Below are positions 21,454 through 28,577 of a DNA stretch of 64,000 bases, piece by piece (positions within the stretch are counted from its first letter, which is position 1; each line of letters starts with the position of its first letter). Source of the stretch: Acidobacteriota bacterium. GTDB taxonomy: Bacteria; Acidobacteriota; Terriglobia; Terriglobales; Acidobacteriaceae. Under the pieces are notes generated by a model that did no database searches, was not told the DNA's origin, and saw nothing but the letters and a program-made list of their open reading frames with translations. The stretch lies in the NCBI GenBank assembly GCA_021818105.1, contig JAKAFB010000001.1:65902-129901 (forward strand), given 5' to 3'. Both the position numbers and the translations under genes were made by a program.

Positions 21454-21762
21454 TCAGGCAGCCAGTTTGAGCTTAGGCCGAAGGCCAAGCCGCGAAGCGA
21501 TGGTCAGCAGCATATCCAGGGAGAAGTCTTTCCATTCGCCGCGCTTGATCTTCGAAACGCGCGGCTGCGAGATACCAAGCTCTCTGGCGGCTACTGCCTG
21601 TGTCCAGCCTTTGGCCGCGATGCGTTTCTCGATACGGATCATTACCTCCGCGCGCATCTTGAGAATGGCCGCTTCATCTTCATCAAAGCCGAGGTCAAGA
21701 AAGATATTGCTGCTGCCTTTGGTGATTCTGTTGTCGTCCCAACGGGAATCGGTCTTCTTCAT
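21454..21762 (-). CDS. HigA-like XRE-HTH antitoxin
   Basis: SSNIFLDLGF, WTQAVAARELGISQPRVSKIKRG, FSLDML. Confidence 0.88.
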   Translation of the reverse strand: MKKTDSRWDDNRITKGSSNIFLDLGFDEDEAAILKMRAEVMIRIEKRIAAKGWTQAVAARELGISQPRVSKIKRGEWKDFSLDMLLTIASRLGLRPKLKLAA

Positions 21763-21765
21763 CTT

Positions 21766-22086
21766 TCATTCTCCAATCAGCTTGTATCGCCGTCTCGCAA
21801 GCTCAAGATCGTTCTGACTCGTCTTCCGGGTTTTCTTCTCGAAGGCGTGAAGCACATAAATAACGTTCGCAAACTTCGCAACGTAAATTACGCGCCAGGC
21901 TCCATTGAGGTGAACCCGAATCTCATAGGCGCCTTTGCCCACGTCCTTCAATGGTTTGAAGTCAACCGGCATCAGCCCGTTCTGCACCCGGAGAAGCTCA
22001 TCGCCAAGCGCCTTGCGAACCTCCGCTGGAAACTCCCGCAGATCGTCCCGGCTGCTGCCAATGAACAAAATGGGCTTCGTTTCCAT
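21766..22086 (-). CDS. RelE/HigB (Gp49-like) toxin
   Basis: FIGSSRDDLREFP, DFKPLKDVGKGAYEIRV, YVLHAFEKKTRKT. Confidence 0.9.
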   Translation of the reverse strand: METKPILFIGSSRDDLREFPAEVRKALGDELLRVQNGLMPVDFKPLKDVGKGAYEIRVHLNGAWRVIYVAKFANVIYVLHAFEKKTRKTSQNDLELARRRYKLIGE

Positions 22087-22093
22087 TCAGGCA

Positions 22094-22102
22094 ATTATAC
22101 CA
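22094..22102 (-). promoter_or_regulatory. Extended -10 promoter (TGGTATAAT) of the TA operon
   Basis: Minus-strand TATAAT at 22099-22094, 7 nt before the toxin ATG. Confidence 0.6.
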
Positions 22103-22166
22103 ATACTTATCTAAATCCAACAGCCGTCTGCAAGTCGAAATTTATGGAAATGCCTGAGGGGCAGCC

Positions 22167-23771
22167 ATGAGATACCTCTCTGTATGCTCGGGCATCGAAG
22201 CCGTATCGGTAGCGTGGCAACCGCTCGGCTGGCAGGCCGCCATGTTCGCAGAGATCGACCCCTTCTGTTGTTGGCTGCTGCGCTCGCGCTATCGCGCATC
22301 GCGGCCCATCTTTATGCCGAGTCCGCATGACGCGCCTGACAGGACGGAAGCCAAGCACCGCGCGGCAGCCATTCGCAACGTTGTTGCTCTGCCTGCTGAT
22401 GGCGACGTTATCAACGCGGGCGATTTCACAAAAATAGGTAAAAAGGATGTGGGAACAATCGACCTTCTGGCCGGAGGAACACCTTGCCAGTCTTTCTCCA
22501 TTGCCGGTAAGCGAGCGGGGCTGGATGACCCGCGTGGCAACCTCACCATCGAGTTTGCTCGACTTGCTGATCGCCTCCGGCCCACTTGGCTGGTGTGGGA
22601 GAACGTCCCCGGCGTCCTGTCGATCGACGGCGGACGGACGTTTGGAGCCTTCCTCCGAATGCTGGTCGAGTGCGGGTATGGGATCGCCTACCGAGTTTTG
22701 GACGCTCAATTTGCCGGAGTACCCCAGCGCCGGCGCCGCGTCTTCGTTGTCGGACATCTTGGAGACTGGAGAGGTCCCGCAGCAGTATTTCTTGAGTTCG
22801 CGGGCCTGTCAGGGTATCCTCCGCCGCGCCGACAAGCGCGGAAAGGAACTGCCGGGGGCGTTGAAGTCGGCCCTGCTGGCGGTCGTCTCACAGATACTGC
22901 ACCCACCATCGATAGAGGGTGCAGGGATGGCCTCACCCGCAATCAATTAGGCATCGGTGTCCTTTCATCGACGGATGAGATATCCCATTGCCTGAATGCC
23001 GGTGGCATGGGCAGACAGGACTTCGAGACAGAGACGCTGATTGCGCATTCACTCTCTGCGGATGGCTTCGACACCAGGGTCCCCGCAGACAGGTCTTCGT
23101 CTGTGGGGTGGGAGGCGAGCGAAGACGGAACCGGGCGCGGCGTGCCGATGGTTCCAGTCGCCATCGGCACCGCGCATACGAAATCGAACGGCAGCGGCTT
23201 TTCGGATCACATCGCACACACTCTGGAGAGCGGCGGTGACCAGGCCGTCGCCTTCAATCTGCGCGGCAGAGAGGGCGGCGCGCTGCCAGAGTTGACTGGC
23301 GCTGTCAGCCTCCGCGCATCCACTGGAGGCAGCAGCAACAGTTACATTGCGTTTTCCGCCAAAGACTGTGGCGCCGATGCGGGTGGTATCGCTCCCACGC
23401 TGCGCGGCATGGGATACGATGGCAGCCATGCCAACGGCGGCGGACAGGTAGCCGTCGCGTGGACACAGGAACTTACCGCATCGACTGATATAGTCGGGAC
23501 TCTTCAGCGCGGCGGCAAAGGCGGACGTGCCGATGGCGGCTTGACATCGCAGATGGCCGTGCGGCGATTGACGCCACGCGAGTGCGAGCGCTTGCAGGGA
23601 TTTCCCGACGATTACACCCTAGTCGAGTATCGCGGCAGGCTTGCAGCCGACGGTCCCCGCTACAAGGCACTCGGCAACTCTATGGCTGTCCCGGTCATGC
23701 GCTGGATCGGACAACGCATCACAGCCGTCGATGCCATCCTCCGTGAGCACGGCGCGAGGAGGGAGCCATGA
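22167..23771 (+). CDS. Orphan DNA cytosine-C5 methyltransferase with an unusually long variable region
   Basis: YLSVCSGIE (I), GGTPCQSFS (IV), WENVPG (VI), PQRRRRVF (VIII), RRLTPRECERLQGFP (IX), ALGNSM (X). Confidence 0.95.
   Translation: MRYLSVCSGIEAVSVAWQPLGWQAAMFAEIDPFCCWLLRSRYRASRPIFMPSPHDAPDRTEAKHRAAAIRNVVALPADGDVINAGDFTKIGKKDVGTIDLLAGGTPCQSFSIAGKRAGLDDPRGNLTIEFARLADRLRPTWLVWENVPGVLSIDGGRTFGAFLRMLVECGYGIAYRVLDAQFAGVPQRRRRVFVVGHLGDWRGPAAVFLEFAGLSGYPPPRRQARKGTAGGVEVGPAGGRLTDTAPTIDRGCRDGLTRNQLGIGVLSSTDEISHCLNAGGMGRQDFETETLIAHSLSADGFDTRVPADRSSSVGWEASEDGTGRGVPMVPVAIGTAHTKSNGSGFSDHIAHTLESGGDQAVAFNLRGREGGALPELTGAVSLRASTGGSSNSYIAFSAKDCGADAGGIAPTLRGMGYDGSHANGGGQVAVAWTQELTASTDIVGTLQRGGKGGRADGGLTSQMAVRRLTPRECERLQGFPDDYTLVEYRGRLAADGPRYKALGNSMAVPVMRWIGQRITAVDAILREHGARREP
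22447..22950 (+). CDS. 167-aa ORF nested in the +1 frame of the C5-MTase (M.EcoHK31I beta-like arrangement)
   Basis: ATG after AGGT; C-terminal block SSLSDILETGEVPQQYFLSSRACQGILRRADKRGKELPGAL looks like real protein, of a type I recall from phage/ICE MTase loci. Confidence 0.65.
   Translation: MWEQSTFWPEEHLASLSPLPVSERGWMTRVATSPSSLLDLLIASGPLGWCGRTSPASCRSTADGRLEPSSECWSSAGMGSPTEFWTLNLPEYPSAGAASSLSDILETGEVPQQYFLSSRACQGILRRADKRGKELPGALKSALLAVVSQILHPPSIEGAGMASPAIN
23070..23117 (+). repeat. Palindromic coding-sequence insertion, copy 1 (in C5-MTase)
   Basis: GACACC-[36-bp core 23076-23111; stem CCCCGCAGAC/GTCTGTGGGG, loop AGGTCTTC]-GAGGCG. Confidence 0.85.
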
Positions 23772-24199
23772 GCCTCCGCTCCTTAACGGTGTTGGCGCTT
23801 TCCTCGCGGAAGAGAGCAGACCTCGACCTTCGCCCTGTCCTTATCCCCTCGACATCCAGATCGCGCAGCTTCGCCTTCCGCGTAGTCGCCCAGGAGCGGA
23901 CCCTCGCACAGTACCGGCAAGAAGGCAACGATGCGGAAGATTGCCGAACGTGGTTCACCCACTCACCGCTGGTCTACGCCGACCGGAAAACGCGACAGAA
24001 CGGACGACTCCGGTACGCAGCTTGCGAATCAAGCGCATCGTTGCCCAGACCCCTTCAGACGGATGTTTCCGTAGAGCGCCCTCTCTCCCGGACTTTCCCA
24101 TGTCTCACTCGGTCACTCGCTCGGTGCTTATCCCGCGCCCTGCGGCAGCTGCGCGGCTCTGCTTCGCACTACGTGCGCCCTTACGGGTTTCGGCTTTCA

Positions 24200-24249
24200 G
24201 AAAATCTTTTCGGCAAAACTCCGCAAAGAACGCGGACGAAAAGATTTTC
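24200..24249. repeat. Compound hairpin upstream of ssb
   Basis: Perfect 13-bp IR GAAAATCTTTTCG/CGAAAAGATTTTC enclosing a 5-bp IR TCCGC/GCGGA. Confidence 0.8.
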
Positions 24250-24406
24250 CGAACCTTCCGAAAATGCGCCGCTTGGCCTTGGGAGCGGGGCACATTCACC
24301 ACCCCAGCGCGCAGATTGCGCGCGCTCGGGGACCCCGGTACTCGCGTCGCTTCGCGCAGGAGTGTCCCGAGTAAGAACAGGGCAAATCCAAACAGGAGTT
24401 AAAGCA

Positions 24407-24856
24407 ATGGCACTCTATACCAACACCGTCACCGTGAAGGGTTACCTAGGCAAGGACGCTGAGACCTTCGCCACCAAGAACCAGAAGACAGCCGTCGTCC
24501 TGTCGCTCGCCACCAAGTCCGGCTATAAGGACCAGCGGACGAACGAGTGGGTGAACCGCACCGAATGGCACCGCATCGTGGCTTTCGGCAAGCCCGCCGA
24601 TTACGCGAAGGGCCTGAAGAAGGGCGACTACGTCGAAGTCGAAGGCGAACTGCGCTCGACCGAGTACGAGAAGGAAGTCGGGCGGGGCAAGAGCAAGGTC
24701 AAGGTCACCTTCCGCGACAAGGAAGTGCGCGCCAACACCGTGAAGAAGCTCGCAGGACCGGCGAAAGGGGAGAATCTCGACGCCGGGGTCCCCACGGACA
24801 GGTCTTCGTCCGTGGGGTGGGACGCCGATCCCATCACGGAGGAGGACGCCGCGTAA
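24407..24856 (+). CDS. ssb: Single-stranded DNA-binding protein
   Basis: NTVTVKGYLGKD, SLAT, TEWHRIVAFGK, KGDYVEVEGELRS; AGGAG RBS. Confidence 0.93.
   Translation: MALYTNTVTVKGYLGKDAETFATKNQKTAVVLSLATKSGYKDQRTNEWVNRTEWHRIVAFGKPADYAKGLKKGDYVEVEGELRSTEYEKEVGRGKSKVKVTFRDKEVRANTVKKLAGPAKGENLDAGVPTDRSSSVGWDADPITEEDAA
24779..24826 (+). repeat. Palindromic coding-sequence insertion, copy 2 (in SSB tail) with perfect 6-bp flanking direct repeat
   Basis: GACGCC-[36-bp core 24785-24820; perfect 10-bp stem CCCCACGGAC/GTCCGTGGGG, loop AGGTCTTC]-GACGCC. Confidence 0.88.
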
Positions 24857-24887
24857 GCGGCGTTCTCCTCCCATTGGGAGGTGTGAC

Positions 24888-25286
24888 ATGAATGCACTCT
24901 TTACCAATAGCGTCCTTTTACGGGGCTTCCTCGCCAACGATGCCGAGGCTCCATCGTCCGACCATATCCAGAATGATTCGTTCGCGGTCCTGCTGCTGGC
25001 GACCGTCTCCGGTGTCTGGGATCTCGGTTCCAACGAGTGGCATCCACGCACCGACTGGCACCGCATCATCTGCCCCGGCCCCTTCTTCTGCGGCATGGTG
25101 CGTGGGATGAGGCGTGGTGACTATCTCGAAATCGAAGGCGAGCTGCGCGCGCTCGAACAGGAACGTGGCGTGGTCGTTGCCGGTGAACGCTTCCCAGTGA
25201 AGCACTCGACCTATGCCGTCCATGCAATCCGCATTCAGCGGCTGGACCGTCCCGATGCGCTGGTCGATTTCGGCGAGGACGGCTAA
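24888..25286 (+). CDS. Second, divergent SSB-like OB-fold protein
   Basis: NSVLLRGFLAND, LLLAT, RTDWHRII, RGDYLEIEGELR. Confidence 0.8.
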   Translation: MNALFTNSVLLRGFLANDAEAPSSDHIQNDSFAVLLLATVSGVWDLGSNEWHPRTDWHRIICPGPFFCGMVRGMRRGDYLEIEGELRALEQERGVVVAGERFPVKHSTYAVHAIRIQRLDRPDALVDFGEDG

Positions 25287-25304
25287 TCCGTTCCGCCTCT
25301 TTTC

Positions 25305-25334
25305 GCGGGGAGGCTTTCGCCTCTCCGCTTTTCT
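25305..25334 (+). terminator. Intrinsic terminator after the ssb pair
   Basis: 10-bp stem GCGGGGAGGC/GCCTCTCCGC (one G-U) followed by TTTTCT. Confidence 0.75.
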
Positions 25335-25376
25335 GTCGAGATGCTGCCCGTTGCACGGCGGTGGAAAGGACCACTT

Positions 25377-25682
25377 ATGATCGCCAACGCCGTCTTCGTT
25401 GCCACCTTGATTTTTCTCGCGCTCGGCTTCTGGCTCACGCGCGAGCTTCAGTTTCTGACGCCTTGGCGCAGCCTCATCCTGCACCAATACCTCAAGAGCA
25501 TCGGGCTTTACTGCGCTCTGCTCTTCGCCAACATCCTCGGCCTCACCATCTGGATCGAGCGCAAGTTCTTCCTGCGGGACACGGGCCGCAAGCTCCGCCA
25601 TCTCGACCAGGAGATCCATACCGGACAAAGCGAACTGTCGGGGGAAATTCTCGCGCAGTTCGGGGATGAGGAGGGGCGATAG
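25377..25682 (+). CDS. Small two-TM membrane protein of unknown function
   Basis: Two hydrophobic helices plus charged tail; first gene of a tightly packed four-gene unit. Confidence 0.65.
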   Translation: MIANAVFVATLIFLALGFWLTRELQFLTPWRSLILHQYLKSIGLYCALLFANILGLTIWIERKFFLRDTGRKLRHLDQEIHTGQSELSGEILAQFGDEEGR

Positions 25683-25684
25683 CC

Positions 25685-25921
25685 ATGTTGAACGAAGACC
25701 AGTGTATGGAGCGCACCCCCGACCTCATCGCCAAAGTTCGCCAGATGCGTGAGGCCGCGGAGAAAGAAATGAACCGCTTTACGCGGCTGGCCGACTACGA
25801 CGTGCGTCGTGTTGTCGGCCAGAAGCCTGCGGCTGTTGTAGAGCCAGGCGCCGCGCAAGCAGTCATCGAGTTTTCGCCGGACGTTACGGAGCCCGGCGAT
25901 GACGGTGAGGCACAGTCATGA
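25685..25921 (+). CDS. Hypothetical protein
   Basis: GAGG RBS; 2-nt gap upstream and ATGA overlap downstream. Confidence 0.6.
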   Translation: MLNEDQCMERTPDLIAKVRQMREAAEKEMNRFTRLADYDVRRVVGQKPAAVVEPGAAQAVIEFSPDVTEPGDDGEAQS

Positions 25922-26964
25922 GAATCGATATTCCCCAGGAACTGCCTCGTAGTCGTGAGGAAGCCAATGGCCCCCACAGTCATGTGGACGAGCGGACGCC
26001 TACACGGAACGTGCCTGAGAATCCTTTACAGCACAGGCTGCAACAAGCGCCCGATCCAAGGCCGGACGCTCGCCACAGCCATCCGCGTGCTCCCCGCAGA
26101 AAGAAAGAGCCGACTCAGGACGTGCCGTGCGAGCGCCGCCGTCCTGTCGCGTCGGACGGCCCACGCCGACCGGCGCGGGCAACCACAAACATCGTCGGTC
26201 TGGAGCTGCGGCCTGAAGAAAAGCAGCTTCTCCGCGAAGCCGGGCGCTTCCGCGTCGTCCGCACAGCGGACCTCCGCGAGTTGCTCTATCACGGCAAGTC
26301 CGGCACACTCGAAAACGATCTCCGTTATCTCCGTGACAAGGGCCTCGTCGAAACCACGCGAGTCAACCTCCGCCGCGATGGGCGGCGGCGCAGCATCGAG
26401 CGCGTCGAAGTGGTCACGCTCACCAAAGAAGGCCGCCGACTCCTTATTGAGGATGGCGATCTTCCCAAAGACCACAAAGTTTATGCCGGTCTGGTCAAGC
26501 CGCGGGAGGTGGAGCACGACTCGCAGATTTACCGCGCTTACCGGAAAGAGGCTGAGCGCATCGAGGGCAATGGCGGGACAAACCTACGCGTGCGCCTCGA
26601 CTACGAGATCAAAGCCGACGTGCAGAAGGCGATCTACCGGGAGCGCAAAGCCGACCCTGCGCGCGGCATGGCGGAGATCAAGGAGCAGGTCGCCAGGCAA
26701 TTCGATCTTCCGTTTGTGGGCGGCGCCATTCAGATTCCCGATGCCCGCATTGAATACGACCTGCCGCGTGCGGACGATCAGGACCAGGGATCGTGCACCG
26801 GACATGAAGACATCGAGGTTCTCACTGCCGCCTACCATCGCGGTCATCTGCGCTCGAAGGCGCAGGCTGGGTTCCGCAATTACGCTTCTGCCGCTGACCG
26901 TTCCTCTCTGACCGCAAAGATCGAGGACGACAGCCACCTCTTGGAAAACATTCTGGAGCTGTGA
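25918..26964 (+). CDS. wHTH + PD-(D/E)xK-like protein; candidate non-HUH relaxase (Replic_Relax/MOB_C-like)
   Basis: wHTH (LRYLRDKGLVE...TLTKEGRRLL), EHD, IPDARIEY...EDIEV; lies upstream of oriT-like region, RHH and VirD4. Confidence 0.55.
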   Translation: MRIDIPQELPRSREEANGPHSHVDERTPTRNVPENPLQHRLQQAPDPRPDARHSHPRAPRRKKEPTQDVPCERRRPVASDGPRRPARATTNIVGLELRPEEKQLLREAGRFRVVRTADLRELLYHGKSGTLENDLRYLRDKGLVETTRVNLRRDGRRRSIERVEVVTLTKEGRRLLIEDGDLPKDHKVYAGLVKPREVEHDSQIYRAYRKEAERIEGNGGTNLRVRLDYEIKADVQKAIYRERKADPARGMAEIKEQVARQFDLPFVGGAIQIPDARIEYDLPRADDQDQGSCTGHEDIEVLTAAYHRGHLRSKAQAGFRNYASAADRSSLTAKIEDDSHLLENILEL

Positions 26965-26967
26965 ACG

Positions 26968-28008
26968 ATGGAATATGACCCCATCCAATCTTTCGAAGCC
27001 ATCGGCTATGTCCAGCGCGAGGCTTCGTTCCTGTACCTGGTCGCTGTCCATTCGGGCTACTTCCTGCGCCGGCAGTATCACAGCTTCACTGGACGGGAAG
27101 GCGGCAGAATGACGACCCGCTTTCTCACAAAAGCTCACCGCCACCGGCACATTCAGGTCATCGAGTGTGGGCAGCGGCGGCACATCTATCACCTGACAGC
27201 GAAGCCCATCTATGCCGCTCTCGGTCTTGCCGGATCGCAGCACCGCCGCATCAAGAGCGATGCCTATATCAAGTCCCGCCTCATGGTGCTCGACTTCATG
27301 CTTGACCATCTCGACGCCGACGTGCTCATCACCGAAGCGGCCAAGGTGGATTTCTTCACGACTCAGTGCGGCGTGAAGCTGGAACTGTTGCCGCAGAGCT
27401 ACAAGGGCAGGCCACTGTACTTCTCCGATAATTTTCCCATCCTGGTCACCCGCATCGGCGTCCCTCGCTTTACCTTTTTCGACGAAGGCCAGGTCAGCAG
27501 CTCCCGGTTCGAGAATTTCCTGGAGCAGTATCAGCCACTGTTCCGCGCCCTCCGCGCCTCTGAGCTGATCTATCTTGCCGACACGGAAGCCAACGTGCGG
27601 CGGGCAAAGGTCGTATTTGAACGCGGCTTTCCCGCCGACCGCCTGCGTGGGATCACGCCGCTCACGCCCTTGGGCGTAGACCATTTTCTGAAATTTCTCC
27701 GCGCCCGGCAGTTCTTCGAGGCCGAGGGCGGCGGGGTCCTGTCCTCCGAATTGCAGCTTCTGCACGAAGGCGAATCACTCTACACCACGCTCGAACACCA
27801 GGCGCTGTATGCCGCGTGGAAGGCCGGGGCCACGAACGAAGAGAAAATCCGCGAGCGGTTTCAGCAGGCTCCGCTACGCATGACCTTCACGACGCAGGTT
27901 CTGCCGTACAGCTATCCGATCTATACGCTGCGGCAGGATGGCCAACCGGAAGAAAGTGACGCAACCCACCACGAGACCCCGCACCAGACCCCTGCGATGG
28001 AGACTTAA
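26968..28008 (+). CDS. wHTH-type hypothetical protein, possibly a relaxase/replication partner
   Basis: SGYFLRRQY, IYHLTAKPIY, RLMVLDF; 3-nt gap from the upstream gene. Confidence 0.5.
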   Translation: MEYDPIQSFEAIGYVQREASFLYLVAVHSGYFLRRQYHSFTGREGGRMTTRFLTKAHRHRHIQVIECGQRRHIYHLTAKPIYAALGLAGSQHRRIKSDAYIKSRLMVLDFMLDHLDADVLITEAAKVDFFTTQCGVKLELLPQSYKGRPLYFSDNFPILVTRIGVPRFTFFDEGQVSSSRFENFLEQYQPLFRALRASELIYLADTEANVRRAKVVFERGFPADRLRGITPLTPLGVDHFLKFLRARQFFEAEGGGVLSSELQLLHEGESLYTTLEHQALYAAWKAGATNEEKIRERFQQAPLRMTFTTQVLPYSYPIYTLRQDGQPEESDATHHETPHQTPAMET

Positions 28009-28059
28009 TCATGCGGATAGAGCGAGTTAGAAAGATATCTGGGGTCACGGTGAGATGTA

Positions 28060-28137
28060 TGCCGGGGGCGGGAGCGACGTCATCGCGCTGCGATTGCCGC
28101 GCGCCTGAAGCCGCGCTCGTCGCTCCCGCCCCCGGCA
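28060..28137. repeat. Perfect 20-bp inverted repeat (38-nt spacer) in the candidate oriT region
   Basis: TGCCGGGGGCGGGAGCGACG (28060-28079) / CGTCGCTCCCGCCCCCGGCA (28118-28137). Confidence 0.85.
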
Positions 28138-28283
28138 CTTCAGGTATCGAAAGCATATCTGTCACAGATACCGGATTCATCTGCGCCGGATACGAAGCGG
28201 ACCAGTTCAGCATCCGTTGTTGATCCATAACTGATCCGTGATGAATACATGACAGAGTGCAATGTCATCCACAGGAGATATCC

Positions 28284-28577
28284 ATGAGCCGACTGAAACT
28301 GATGCACGGAGTGAGCCGGATACGCCGCGCCAAGCTCCAATCCTCTATCGACCAGACCGTCGCTGACGACATCGAGTTGTTGGCGCAGTGGTCGAACAAC
28401 GAAACGAACTATGTCATCAACGAGCTGCTGAGGTTCGCGCTAGCCCAGGAAGAAGACTTCCAGAAATACAAAGTAACTGTGGCGTCGGACGCCGCGCATC
28501 CAGCCAGCAATCAAAAAACGGCGCAGGCAGTGGCAAAATCTGATCCAGCGGTAACATCCACTGCTGCGAAAGGGTGA
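28284..28577 (+). CDS. Ribbon-helix-helix DNA-binding protein (relaxosome accessory-like)
   Basis: LQSSIDQTVADDIELLAQWS...NYVINELLRFAL strand-helix-helix pattern; AGGAG RBS. Confidence 0.6.
   Translation: MSRLKLMHGVSRIRRAKLQSSIDQTVADDIELLAQWSNNETNYVINELLRFALAQEEDFQKYKVTVASDAAHPASNQKTAQAVAKSDPAVTSTAAKG

Noticed and set aside
12333-23771. Restriction-modification system
   Set aside because: No endonuclease is adjacent to either MTase; the nuclease-like gene at 25918 sits in a relaxosome context.
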